Program-made: the position numbers and the translations under genes
Shown here: piece by piece, positions 37,048 through 46,875 of the stretch
Position numbering within the stretch: the stretch's first letter is position 1
Layout of the letters: every line of letters starts with the position of its first letter
The notes under the pieces: model-generated
Told to the model about the DNA's origin: nothing
Database searches by the model: none
What the model saw: the letters and a program-made list of their open reading frames with translations, nothing else
NCBI GenBank assembly: GCA_039180025.1
Contig: JBCDDZ010000002.1
Location: 15,057-79,056 of the forward strand
DNA length: 64,000 bases
Origin: Planctomycetota bacterium
GTDB lineage: Bacteria; Planctomycetota; Phycisphaerae; Phycisphaerales; Phycisphaeraceae
Direction: 5' to 3'

Positions 37048-40000
37048 ATGTTTTTTCAAGCAAAAAACCTTCTCACCCGGCCCGCCGTTTGGGTCCTGAT
37101 GCTCTTGGCCGGATGCATGCTGCAATCCACCGCCGCCTTGGCCGACGTCAAGGTCTACGGCATTGAACGTGGCGAAACCGTGCAGGGCGACCTCTCGGTC
37201 TGGGCCAGCAGCAACGCACGCCTCCCTCTGAAGGTCGAGATTCAGTTGATTGGGCCCGATGGCAAGGTCATCGAGAGCCGCCAAGTCAACGGCCGCACCG
37301 CCCACCTGATCGAAGACCCCGACCAGCGCGACCAAGGCTTGGCGTGGGACAGCACCGGCTACCCGGCTGGCGAGTACACCCTCACCGCCAAGGCCACCGA
37401 GTGGGAACGCACCGGCCGACGCTACCCGACCTCGGTACTCAAGTTCACCCTGGCCCCGCCCGCCGCGACCGACTCCACGGACGTTGATTTCACGGTCACC
37501 GAAGCCGTCCGTAATACGCCAGAAGATTCCCAAGTGTCCGCGACCCCGGACCAGACCCCTGACGTCGAAGTGGCCCAGGATCCACAAGCCGCCCCCGCCC
37601 CCGCGGCCGAGTTGCCGTCCGAAACCATCACCTTGGAACCCCAACGCCTCTCGTCGGTGCAGAGCAACGCTTCCGCCGGCCCCCGCCTGGCCTGGGCCGC
37701 GGGCATCCCGACCCAGCGCGACCTCGGCGACAGCCAGCCGATCAACCTTTCGCTCACCGGTGACCTGTCCGACGGCTCCGACGTGCTCGTGATTGCTTGG
37801 GACCACCAACGCCGCCGCCTCGTCCCTGGCGTCTCGGCCGTGCTGACGGGCAAAAGCCTGGCCGTGTCGCCCGCCCTCATGGACCGCCTGCCCGTCGGAA
37901 GCATCGAGCTCCAGGCCCACTACCGCGAAGACGGTCGCATCCGTCAAACCATCAAGCACACCATTGAGAACCGCCGTCCCGTCGTGCCCACCGCCGACGA
38001 TCTGCCCGCCATGCGCTTCCCCGCCAACACCCCGGCCCGCCGCGTGCAGGGCTCGGGGGTCGGCCTGCCTTTCGATGTGGACGGCGACCTGCCTGCCGGC
38101 GGCGATATCTTAGTCATCGCCTGGAGCATCACCGAATCGCGCATCGTCCCGGGCTTCGCCCAGGTCTTCACCCAGGCCCCGTTCCAGATCTCCGCCTCGA
38201 AGCTCGACCTGCTGCCCCCCGGCCGCGTCGAGATCCAGCTCCGTCCCCGCTTGAATGACGTCATTCAAGACAAGATCGTCCACGGACTCGCCGTCGAAAC
38301 GCCGGCCAGCCCCGCCCCGGACCCGGCCACCCCGGCCACCCCGACGACCCCGGCCACCCCGGACACCCCGAACCCCGACGCCCCGGACAGCACGCAGAAC
38401 CCCGCCCCCGACAACGGCTCAGTGACGCCGGGCGAAACGGATTCCGCCGGCACCCCGGACGGCAACGATGCGTCCACCCCCGACGCCCCCGCGACCGAAA
38501 TCGACGCGATTTTTCCCGCCAGCACTCCCTCGTCCTACGAAGTTGGTTCGGGCGTGCCGATCACCATTGACGTTACGGCCGACCTCCCCGCCGGCGCTGA
38601 TGTGTTGATGATCGCCTGGGACATTAATCGGTCGCGCATTGTGGGCGACTTCGCCCACGAGTTGACCAGCGCTCCGTTCCGCGTCGACCCGGCCCGCCTC
38701 GACGGGCTGCCCACCGGCCCGATCGAACTCCAGGCCCTGCTCCGCGTCCCCGACCAGCCGCTGGAAATCCGTAAGCGGACCATCACCATCATCAACCCCA
38801 ACGCGCCCGAAGACGATGGGTCCGACGTCGCGGAAGATGACGGCCCCGGCGCCGACGCCCCCGACTTCGACAGCGGCGAGCTCTCCGCCACCGGCTTTAC
38901 CGTCTTCAAGAAATCGGCCGACACCCGGGTCATCTACGTCGCGGCCAACGGCAGCGACAGCAACGACGGCCTGTCTACCTCCCGCCCCATGAAGACCGCC
39001 GCTGCGGCCTACCAAAAGCTCCGCGACGGCAAGCCCGACTGGCTCCTATTCAAAGCCGGCGACACCTTCAAAGGCAACCTCGGCACGGTCCGGAAGTCCG
39101 GCCGCAGCGAAAAAGAGCCCATGCTCATCAGTACCTACGGCGAAGGCCCCCGCCCGATCTTCCTCTCGCCCGACACCGGCTGGGCCCGCAAAGAGTTCGG
39201 CACCAAGGGGGACAACGTCGCCTTCGTCGGCCTCCACCTGATCGCCGTCAACCGCGACCCCAACCGCCCGGGCTTCAACGCCCAGAACAACCCCACCAAC
39301 GTCTGGAAGCAGAGCGGCATCCGCTTCCTGGGCGACGCGAAGAACGTCCTGATCGAAGATTGCATCCTCGAATACTTCGGCTTCGGCCTCGTGTTCCAGT
39401 CCGACGAAAAGCACGGCTACGCCCGCAACATCAAGATCCGTCGCACCGGCGTCGTCAACAGCTACAGCCACTGGGACAAGAAGATCGGTGGCCACAGCTC
39501 GGGCATGTACGTCAACTACGTCGACGGCATGCTCATCGAGGAGTGCGTCTTCGACCGCAACGGCTGGAACCCCCAGGTCTCCGGGGCCGGCCGCACCAAG
39601 TTCAACCACAACATCTACGTCCAGCGTGACTCGAAGAACATCACCCTCCGCAAGTCGATCCTCAGCCGCGCGGCGTCCCACGGCACGCAGCTCCGCCCCG
39701 GCGGCGTGATCGAAGACAGCCTCTACGTCGGCAACGCGCTGGCCCTCTACGTCGCCCGCCACGAGAGCTGGGTCCGCCGCAACGTCATCCTCAAGTCCGA
39801 CGACCTGGGCGACGGCAAAGACGACGGACGCGGCACGGGGATTATTATCCTCCCGAGCCTCCACGCCCATGTCGAAGACAACATCGTCTCCCAGAAGGCC
39901 GGCCGGCTCGAAGGCTCCGGGGCCGTCAACATTGTCTGGGGAAAAGGGGCCGACGAATGGCTCGGCGGCCGGGACTACCGCGTCTCGATCCGCAATAACA

Positions 40001-40311
40001 AGATCCACGACTGGTACTTCCAGCTCGGCAGCCGCAGGGAATCGATCAATATCGAAACCGGCTCGGCGAAGATCATCAGCAACACCGGCAACCAGCTCGA
40101 TAAAGAGTCCGGCGGCCGCACCAACCCGCCCTGGATCGACCCGGACCGCGACATCGAAACGTACATGAAGTCCATCGGCCGGCCCGCGTCGCTCGACGCC
40201 CTGGTCCAGGGAGCCGTCTACCGCCCCCGCGGCCAGTGGGCCAAGGCCTACTCCGCCGAAGCCGTCAACCAGCACATCCGCCGCGGGTTCGACGTTCAGC
40301 CTTTCGATTAA
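37048..40311 (+). CDS. Secreted 1087-aa modular protein: Ig-like N-domain, three ~100-aa repeats, Pro/Thr linker, C-terminal right-handed beta-helix
   Basis: Signal peptide/lipobox (LLAGC). Three DVL.IAW..R.V..F...T..PF....LD.LP.G.IE.Q repeats. IYVAANGSDSNDGLS..PMKT followed by NVLIEDC, IEECVFDRNG and FNHNIY beta-helix-type repeats. Strong C-ending codon bias supports coding. Confidence 0.85.
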   Translation: MFFQAKNLLTRPAVWVLMLLAGCMLQSTAALADVKVYGIERGETVQGDLSVWASSNARLPLKVEIQLIGPDGKVIESRQVNGRTAHLIEDPDQRDQGLAWDSTGYPAGEYTLTAKATEWERTGRRYPTSVLKFTLAPPAATDSTDVDFTVTEAVRNTPEDSQVSATPDQTPDVEVAQDPQAAPAPAAELPSETITLEPQRLSSVQSNASAGPRLAWAAGIPTQRDLGDSQPINLSLTGDLSDGSDVLVIAWDHQRRRLVPGVSAVLTGKSLAVSPALMDRLPVGSIELQAHYREDGRIRQTIKHTIENRRPVVPTADDLPAMRFPANTPARRVQGSGVGLPFDVDGDLPAGGDILVIAWSITESRIVPGFAQVFTQAPFQISASKLDLLPPGRVEIQLRPRLNDVIQDKIVHGLAVETPASPAPDPATPATPTTPATPDTPNPDAPDSTQNPAPDNGSVTPGETDSAGTPDGNDASTPDAPATEIDAIFPASTPSSYEVGSGVPITIDVTADLPAGADVLMIAWDINRSRIVGDFAHELTSAPFRVDPARLDGLPTGPIELQALLRVPDQPLEIRKRTITIINPNAPEDDGSDVAEDDGPGADAPDFDSGELSATGFTVFKKSADTRVIYVAANGSDSNDGLSTSRPMKTAAAAYQKLRDGKPDWLLFKAGDTFKGNLGTVRKSGRSEKEPMLISTYGEGPRPIFLSPDTGWARKEFGTKGDNVAFVGLHLIAVNRDPNRPGFNAQNNPTNVWKQSGIRFLGDAKNVLIEDCILEYFGFGLVFQSDEKHGYARNIKIRRTGVVNSYSHWDKKIGGHSSGMYVNYVDGMLIEECVFDRNGWNPQVSGAGRTKFNHNIYVQRDSKNITLRKSILSRAASHGTQLRPGGVIEDSLYVGNALALYVARHESWVRRNVILKSDDLGDGKDDGRGTGIIILPSLHAHVEDNIVSQKAGRLEGSGAVNIVWGKGADEWLGGRDYRVSIRNNKIHDWYFQLGSRRESINIETGSAKIISNTGNQLDKESGGRTNPPWIDPDRDIETYMKSIGRPASLDALVQGAVYRPRGQWAKAYSAEAVNQHIRRGFDVQPFD

Positions 40312-40395
40312 CCCCCCCGGAATCCCCGGAACCCCCCGGAATCTGCTCTAGGACTCACCCTGGGCTCAGCGCCCACCCACGCCACGCATCTCCCC

Positions 40396-40430
40396 GCCGG
40401 GTCGGCTTCACGCCGGCCCGGCTTTTTTTT
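40396..40430 (+). terminator. Strong intrinsic terminator after the 1087-aa gene
   Basis: GCCGGGTCGGC-TTCAC-GCCGGCCCGGC (11 bp including one G-U) followed by T8. Confidence 0.8.
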
Positions 40431-40826
40431 CCGAGCTTTTTCTCCGAGCTTTTTTCTCCCCGCGATACGGCCGCGAGCCTTTTTGGATACTACGCCGCCT
40501 TTGTTCCCACGAACCCGGCTAAAATCCCACTTCGTTTCTCCCAGCCCGATAACCCACCGGTGACAATAATCCCGGGCAATCGGTCGATACACTGGGGGAC
40601 GGCCAGCGACGCCGTCGGTAACCCCCGTAACGACGACGGCCGCACCAATCCCGTGGCCCCTCAACGCATTAACCTGCCGCCACGGCCACGATCAGGGCAT
40701 GAATCAGCGATCCCCGACCCTAACCCCTGCCCCCTTGCGGGCAGACCCGACGTCGCGCCACCCTCCCGGCCCCCCCGCACCCGCCGGGCTCCGGGGTCGC
40801 CCCGCCCCTCCGAAGGAGTGGTACGC

Positions 40827-42074
40827 GTGAAACTCGGCCTCCTGATCCCCCAGTTCCCCACCCAGACCCACGTCGCCATGTGGCGTGTGGGCGATGCTTT
40901 GCGCCGCCTCGGGCACACCGTCGATTTGCTCTCCACCCGCCCGCCCGACGGCGACCCGGTCGGCCACCAGTTCCTCCTCGAGGAAGCCCGCCGCACGTTC
41001 TACGCCTGGCCCCCGCATGGGCCGGCCGCCCTGGCCACGCTCCTGAGCTCGCCCCTCGGCACGCTGCGCTGCCTCCGTTACCTCGCCGGCTTATCCGAAG
41101 GCGGTTTTTCGGCCAAGCTCAAACTGCTCGCCGCGATGCTCCCCGCCGCCGCAGGGCTCAAACGCACCTGCGCTCGGCGCGGCACCGAGCACATCCTTGT
41201 CCACTCCTGCGCCGACGCCGCCCACCTCGTCGCCCTGACCCGCCTGCTCGGCGGCCCCGGCTATAGCCTCCGCCTCGGTGGCGACCTCGATGTCTACGGC
41301 CACAACCACGACGCCAAGATGCGCGACGCCACCCTCGTGATCCCCGCCGCCCAGGTCAACCACCGGGAAGTCCGGGACCGCGTCGGCCTGCCCGCCGAGC
41401 GGATGCTCGTCTCTACCCTCGGCGTCGATGTCGAACGCTTCCAGCCCGCCGCCGCCCCCGCCGACCCGCCCCCCCTCCGTGTCGTCAGTGTCGCCCGGCT
41501 CAACCGCAACAAGGGCCACCTCGACACCCTCGCCGCGGTACGCCAAGCCGCGGACGCCGGGGTCGATCTGCACTTCACCCTCGCCGGCGCGGGCCCGGAA
41601 GAAGAAGCCATCCGCGCCGAGGTCGCCCGCCTGCATCTTGAGGACCGCGTCACCCTCCACGGCCCGGCCGACGAGTCCCAGGTCATCGCCCTGCTCCAGG
41701 CCGCGGACGTGTTTGTCTTGGCCAGCACGGGCCAGGGCGAAGCCTCGCCGGTCGCGGTCATCGAAGCCATGGCCTGCGGCACCGTTGCGGTGTGCAGCGT
41801 AGTCGGCGGCACGGCCGACATGATCGACGACGGCCGCGACGGGCTCCTCTTCCCGCAGCACGACGTCGATGCCCTGGCCCGGCACCTGATCCGCCTCGCG
41901 GGAGATGCCGACCTCCGCCGCCAACTGGGCTCGGCCGCACGCGCCAAGGCCCAGGCCCAGTGGGACTGCCGCGCCGTCGCTCAGCGGATTATCGAAAAAC
42001 TTCAGGAGCGTTTGGCGGCCGACGCTTCGCCGCCCGTGGCCGCCGGCCCGGGGGAGGTGCGTCATGCCCGGTGA
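40827..42074 (+). CDS. GT4 glycosyltransferase, first gene of the glycan locus
   Basis: AAGGAG then GTG 40827; LLIPQFPTQTH, VARLNRNKGH, EASPVAVIEAMACG. Confidence 0.9.
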   Translation: MKLGLLIPQFPTQTHVAMWRVGDALRRLGHTVDLLSTRPPDGDPVGHQFLLEEARRTFYAWPPHGPAALATLLSSPLGTLRCLRYLAGLSEGGFSAKLKLLAAMLPAAAGLKRTCARRGTEHILVHSCADAAHLVALTRLLGGPGYSLRLGGDLDVYGHNHDAKMRDATLVIPAAQVNHREVRDRVGLPAERMLVSTLGVDVERFQPAAAPADPPPLRVVSVARLNRNKGHLDTLAAVRQAADAGVDLHFTLAGAGPEEEAIRAEVARLHLEDRVTLHGPADESQVIALLQAADVFVLASTGQGEASPVAVIEAMACGTVAVCSVVGGTADMIDDGRDGLLFPQHDVDALARHLIRLAGDADLRRQLGSAARAKAQAQWDCRAVAQRIIEKLQERLAADASPPVAAGPGEVRHAR

Positions 42075-43497
42075 GATACCGCCCTCCCAGGCCGATCGAC
42101 CGGTCCGCGCGCTGCTGATCGCGGAGCAGGCGAACCCCGAACAGGTCAGCGTGCCGCTGGTCGGTTGGTCGTTGGCCCGAGCGCTAGCGCAAGTCGCCGA
42201 CGTTCATTTGGTCACCCAGGTGCGTAACCGCGACGCGGCCCTGCGGGCCGGCCTGACCGAGGGCCGAGACTTCACCGCGATCGACTCCGAGCGCCTCGCC
42301 GCGCCGGTCCACCGTATCAGCAAACGTCTCGGCGGCCGGGGCGGCAAGGGCTGGACCACCCGCATGGCGAGCAAGGCGATCAGCTACCCCTATTTCGAAC
42401 GCCTCGTGTGGAAGCGCTTCGGCGCTGCGATCCGGGCGGGCGAGTATGACCTGGTCCACCGGATCACGCCGCTGAGCCCGACCCTGCCCAGCAGCCTCGC
42501 CCGGCGGTGCAAGCGGGTGGGGGTGCCCTTTGTCTGGGGGCCGATCAACGGCGGGGTGGCCTGGCCCCAGGCGTTCGACGCCGCGCGGCGGGCCGAGCGT
42601 GAATGGCTGAGCTATTTCCGCAGTGCCTACAAGCTCCTGCCCGGCTACCGCTCGACCCGCGCGAACAGCCACACGATCCTGGTCGGCTCCACCGCCACGC
42701 GGGACCAGGTGCCCGCCCGCTACCGGGACCGGTGCGTGTACCTCCCGGAAAACGCGATCGACCCCGACCGGTTCGCGGCGCGCCGGACCCGCCGCGTCGC
42801 CCCGGGCGAGCCGGTCCGCCTGGTCTTCGTTGGCCGGCTGGTGCCTTACAAGGGGGCGGACATGCTCGTCGAAGCGGCCGCGGAACTGGTCCGCGCCGGC
42901 CGAGCCCGGGTCACGGTCATCGGCGACGGGCCGGACCGGCCTAAACTCGAAACGCTCATCGAACACCACGGCCTCGCCCGGGGCCCGGGGGCGGGGGTCC
43001 ACCTGGCGGGCTGGGTCGATCACGCGTCGCTGTCGGCGGTGCTGGCCGAGCAGGACGTGCTCGCGTTCCCGAGCATCCGCGAGTTCGGCGGCGGCGTGGT
43101 GCTCGAAGCCATGGCGGTGGGCCTCGTGCCGGTGGTAGTGGACTACGCCGGCCCGGCCGAGCTGGTGGACGAGACCACCGGATACAAAGTCCCGCTCGGG
43201 CCCCGCCCGGTGCTCGTGGACCGCCTACGCCGAGTGCTCGGTGAGATCGCCGACGCCCCCGCGGCGCTCGAACCGAAGTCCGCCGCGGCGCTGCGTCAAG
43301 TTCAGGCCAACTACACATGGCCCGCCAAGGCCCGCCAGGTTGCCGAGGTCTATGCCCACGCCGCGGGCCGCCGCCCCGACCGCCCCGACTTCGGCACCCC
43401 GCTGACCCCGCCGCCGCCCGCTGCGCCCGCCCCGGATATGCCGCCAACCCCGACCCCGCCGAACGAGGCGGTCTCGACGCCGGGGGGTGACCGATGA
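42064..43497 (+). CDS. GT4 glycosyltransferase
   Basis: IAEQANPEQVSVPLVGW, FVGRLVPYKG, FPSIREFGGGVVLEAMA. Confidence 0.9.
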   Translation: MPGEIPPSQADRPVRALLIAEQANPEQVSVPLVGWSLARALAQVADVHLVTQVRNRDAALRAGLTEGRDFTAIDSERLAAPVHRISKRLGGRGGKGWTTRMASKAISYPYFERLVWKRFGAAIRAGEYDLVHRITPLSPTLPSSLARRCKRVGVPFVWGPINGGVAWPQAFDAARRAEREWLSYFRSAYKLLPGYRSTRANSHTILVGSTATRDQVPARYRDRCVYLPENAIDPDRFAARRTRRVAPGEPVRLVFVGRLVPYKGADMLVEAAAELVRAGRARVTVIGDGPDRPKLETLIEHHGLARGPGAGVHLAGWVDHASLSAVLAEQDVLAFPSIREFGGGVVLEAMAVGLVPVVVDYAGPAELVDETTGYKVPLGPRPVLVDRLRRVLGEIADAPAALEPKSAAALRQVQANYTWPAKARQVAEVYAHAAGRRPDRPDFGTPLTPPPPAAPAPDMPPTPTPPNEAVSTPGGDR

Positions 43498-44927
43498 CCG
43501 CGAACCTGCAGCCCGTGCCGGTCAAGATCGGCCTGGACGAAGAGAACCTGGAAGAGACGCGGGTGCCGCCCACCCCCGCAGACCACCGCACCCAAGGCGC
43601 GGGCCTTAAAAAGAAGGCGGTCCGCGGCGGCATGTGGACCGGGGTCAGCTTCGCCGGCGGGCAGGGCCTGGCGTTTGTCAGCAACATCCTGCTCAGCTAC
43701 CTGCTCGTGCCCGAGGTGTTCGGGCTGATGGCGCTGCTCACCACGATCGTGGCGGGCCTGCAGATGTTCTCCGACGTGGGCATCACCCCGAGCCTGATCC
43801 AGAACAAGCGCGAAGACCCGGGGTTCTACAACACCGCATGGACGATGCAGGTGGTCCGCGGGGTGCTGCTGTGGGGTGCGGCGAGCCTGGTGGCCTGGCC
43901 GTTGTCGACGATCAAGGACGACTGGGCCCCGCTGGCGTACCTCCTGCCGGTGGCTTCGCTGACTTGCGTGCTCAACGGCCTGCGATCGACGGCGTGGGTC
44001 ACCGCCAGCCGGCGGCTGGACATCCGGGCGGTCGCGCTGCTGAAGCTGTTTACCTCGATCGTCCGCATCCTGGTGATGGTGGGGCTGGCGTACTTCGTGA
44101 CCCGTACGGTGTGGGCGCTGGTCGTCGGGCTGATCGTGGGCAGCACGCTGACGTGCATCCTCAGCCACCGGATGATCCCGGAGATCAAGAACCGGCTGCA
44201 CTTCGAGAAAGAGGCGTTCACCGAGCTGATCCGGTTCGGCAAGTGGATGTTTCTGAGCACGCTGATCACGTTTTTCGCCGGCCAGATCGATAAGTTTCTG
44301 CTCGCAGGGCTGATCTCGACCGGGATGCTAGGGCTGTTCTGGATCGCCTCGCGGCTGGCGGACCTGGGGCCGATGTTCTTTAAACAGTTGGCCCAGTGGG
44401 TGGGGTTCCCGGCGTTGTCCGAGTTGTATCGACGCGACGAAGCGCGGTTCAAGTCGCGGCTGCTCCAGATGCGTCTCGTGCTCACCCTGCCGATCGTCAC
44501 GCTGCTGCTGCTCATGATTCTGATCGGGCCGATCTTCACGAACCTGGTCTACGCGCCGCGTTACGGCGAGTCGGGGTGGATCGTGCAGATCATTGCGTTC
44601 GGGTCGCTCGCGGGCATGGTGACCACGCCCTACGGCCAGGTGTATATGGCCACCGGCCGGAGCAAATACAACATGTTGTCCGTGCTCGCGCAGCTGATCT
44701 GCATGCTGACCGGCACCCTGACGGGGTACTGGCTGGCGGGCGAAGCGGGGTTCTTGTTGGGGATCGGGGCGTGCCAGTGGCTGCGGTACGTCGCGGACGC
44801 GGCGCTGGTGGACCGGTGCGGGTGCTGGCAGTGGAAGTTTGACGCGGCGATGCTGATCGGCGGCGGGCTGCTGGCGTGGTGCGCGTTGTGGGGTTCGCAG
44901 TGGCTCGCGTGGAGGTATGTGCTGTGA
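43494..44927 (+). CDS. wzx: Wzx-type oligosaccharide flippase
   Basis: About 12 TM helices; LLVPEVFGLMAL..MFSDVGITPSLIQ; FGKW..LST..DKFLL. Confidence 0.85.
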   Translation: MTANLQPVPVKIGLDEENLEETRVPPTPADHRTQGAGLKKKAVRGGMWTGVSFAGGQGLAFVSNILLSYLLVPEVFGLMALLTTIVAGLQMFSDVGITPSLIQNKREDPGFYNTAWTMQVVRGVLLWGAASLVAWPLSTIKDDWAPLAYLLPVASLTCVLNGLRSTAWVTASRRLDIRAVALLKLFTSIVRILVMVGLAYFVTRTVWALVVGLIVGSTLTCILSHRMIPEIKNRLHFEKEAFTELIRFGKWMFLSTLITFFAGQIDKFLLAGLISTGMLGLFWIASRLADLGPMFFKQLAQWVGFPALSELYRRDEARFKSRLLQMRLVLTLPIVTLLLLMILIGPIFTNLVYAPRYGESGWIVQIIAFGSLAGMVTTPYGQVYMATGRSKYNMLSVLAQLICMLTGTLTGYWLAGEAGFLLGIGACQWLRYVADAALVDRCGCWQWKFDAAMLIGGGLLAWCALWGSQWLAWRYVL

Positions 44928-45874
44928 CCGAGCGGATCGATGAGCCCAGGGTGTCGGTGCTGATGTGCGCGTACAACGCGGAGCGGTACGTCGTGGAGAC
45001 GGTCCGGAGCGTGCTTGCGCAGACGATGCGGGAGTTCGAGTTGGTGGTGGTGGACGACGGCTCGACGGACCGCACGGCGGAGCTGGTGGAGTCGCTGGCG
45101 GCGGGGGACGAGCGGATACGGATCATCAGCGGGCCGAACGTGGGGATCCCCAAAGCGGCTAACCTGGGGCTCGCGGCGTGCCGTTCGGCGTTGGTGGCCC
45201 GGATCGACGCGGACGACATCGCCGAGCCGGGCCGGCTGGCGGCGCAGCTCGCGTTCATGGAGGCGAACCCCGGGGTGGTGGCGGCGGGCAGCGCGGTGAC
45301 GTTTATCGACGAGGCGGGCCGGCGGCTGACGATCAACCGTCCGCCCCGGGAGCACGCGAAGATCGACGACGCGCTGATGCGCGGGCACTGCGCGATCTGG
45401 AACACGAGCAGCATCCTGCGGCGGGACGTCTTCCTCGAACTCGGCGGCTACGGCGAGCACTACCGGACCGCGGAAGACGTCGACGCTTGGCTCCGGCTGG
45501 CGGAGCGGGGTGAACTGGCGAACCTGGCCGAGCCGCTGCACCGGTACCGGCTGCACGACGGGTCGATCAGTGCGGCGGATCAGACATCGAACCGGCAGTT
45601 TTGTCGGGACGCCTGCGAGGCCGCGGCGCGTCGCCGCGGGGTGCCGTGCCGGTTCGAAGCGGACGAGCCCTGGCGACCCGGGACGGACCGCAAGTCCCGC
45701 CGGATGTTCTACACCCGGTACGGGTGGTGGGCGTGGCGTTTGGGAGAAAAGCGGACGGCGGCGTATTATGCGTGTCGGGCGATCCGCAGCGGCCCCCTGG
45801 CGACCGAGCCTTGGGTGCTGCTCTTGAAAAGTGTGTGGCCCACGGGCCGCGGGGCGGAAGGTTCGAAATCATGA
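44924..45874 (+). CDS. GT2 glycosyltransferase
   Basis: VSVLMCAYNAE, VVVDDGSTD, RIDADD, EDVDAWLR; GTGA overlap. Confidence 0.9.
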   Translation: MTERIDEPRVSVLMCAYNAERYVVETVRSVLAQTMREFELVVVDDGSTDRTAELVESLAAGDERIRIISGPNVGIPKAANLGLAACRSALVARIDADDIAEPGRLAAQLAFMEANPGVVAAGSAVTFIDEAGRRLTINRPPREHAKIDDALMRGHCAIWNTSSILRRDVFLELGGYGEHYRTAEDVDAWLRLAERGELANLAEPLHRYRLHDGSISAADQTSNRQFCRDACEAAARRRGVPCRFEADEPWRPGTDRKSRRMFYTRYGWWAWRLGEKRTAAYYACRAIRSGPLATEPWVLLLKSVWPTGRGAEGSKS

Positions 45875-46875
45875 CCGATCAGGCTGCTCGACACCCGGGC
45901 GCCGCGCTGGTGAGCGTGGTGATCCCGATGCGGAACGGGGGGGCGTTCATCGGGCCGACGCTCGCGTCGGTGCTGACGCAGGAAGGCTGCGCGCTGGAGG
46001 TGGTCGTGGTCAACGACGGCTCGACCGACGGGTCGGACCGGACGGTCGAGGCGGTGGACGACGCGCGGGTGCGGATGATCGCGGGGCCCTGCGAGGGGAT
46101 CGCGGCGTCGGTCAACGCGGGGCTCGCCGCGGCCCGGGGGGCCTACGTGGTGCGCTGCGACGCGGACGACCTCTTGCCGGCCGGCCGGCTGGCGTGGCAG
46201 GCGGCCTTTCTCCGAGCCCACGACGACTACGCCGCGGTATGCGGATCGTTCCGGACCGTGTCGGACAAGGGCCGGCCGCTGGCCGTGATGCGGACCGGTG
46301 ACGAGGCGCAGGAGATCACCCAAGAGTTGTGGACGGGCAAGACTCGGACCCACTACGGGACGTTCATGGTGCGCCGCGGCGTGCTGAACGAGCTGGGCGG
46401 GGTGCGGCCGTACTTCAAGGTGGCTGAGGACATCGACCTGCAGCTCCGGATCGGGACGGCCCACCGCGTGTGGTACGACCCGAGGCAGAGCTACGACTAC
46501 CGGCTGCACGGCGACTCGAGCACGCACAACGAGCCCTCGCCGGCCCGGGAGTTCCTGACCGAAACGGCCCGGGCGTTCGCGCGGCAGCGGGCGGCCGGCC
46601 AGGACGACGACTTGGACAAAGGAGCGCCCCCCGCGGTGCCCGACGGGGGCGGCGCGGCGATGGACGTGGACCGGCACGCCCAGGGGATGCTCCTGGGCGA
46701 GGCGTGGCGGCACCACCGGGCGGGCCGGCGGTCGGCGGCGTGGTCGGCGGGCTGGCGGGCCTGCTGGCGCCACCCGGCCTCGTGGTCGGCGTGGCGGAGC
46801 TTCCTGATGCTGTGGGTGAAACGCTCGGGCCGCGGCCTCGCGCCGCCCCGCTCGGCGGCAGGGGGGGCGGAATGA
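45871..46875 (+). CDS. GT2 glycosyltransferase
   Basis: VSVVIPMRNG, VVNDGSTD, RCDADD, EDIDLQLR; ATGA overlap. Confidence 0.9.
   Translation: MTDQAARHPGAALVSVVIPMRNGGAFIGPTLASVLTQEGCALEVVVVNDGSTDGSDRTVEAVDDARVRMIAGPCEGIAASVNAGLAAARGAYVVRCDADDLLPAGRLAWQAAFLRAHDDYAAVCGSFRTVSDKGRPLAVMRTGDEAQEITQELWTGKTRTHYGTFMVRRGVLNELGGVRPYFKVAEDIDLQLRIGTAHRVWYDPRQSYDYRLHGDSSTHNEPSPAREFLTETARAFARQRAAGQDDDLDKGAPPAVPDGGGAAMDVDRHAQGMLLGEAWRHHRAGRRSAAWSAGWRACWRHPASWSAWRSFLMLWVKRSGRGLAPPRSAAGGAE

Noticed and set aside
40236-40826. 197-codon N-terminal extension of the first GT4 in the ORF track
   Set aside because: It overlaps the upstream gene, runs through a strong terminator and is Pro/Arg-rich. An SD plus GTG at 40827 matches the GT4 domain start.
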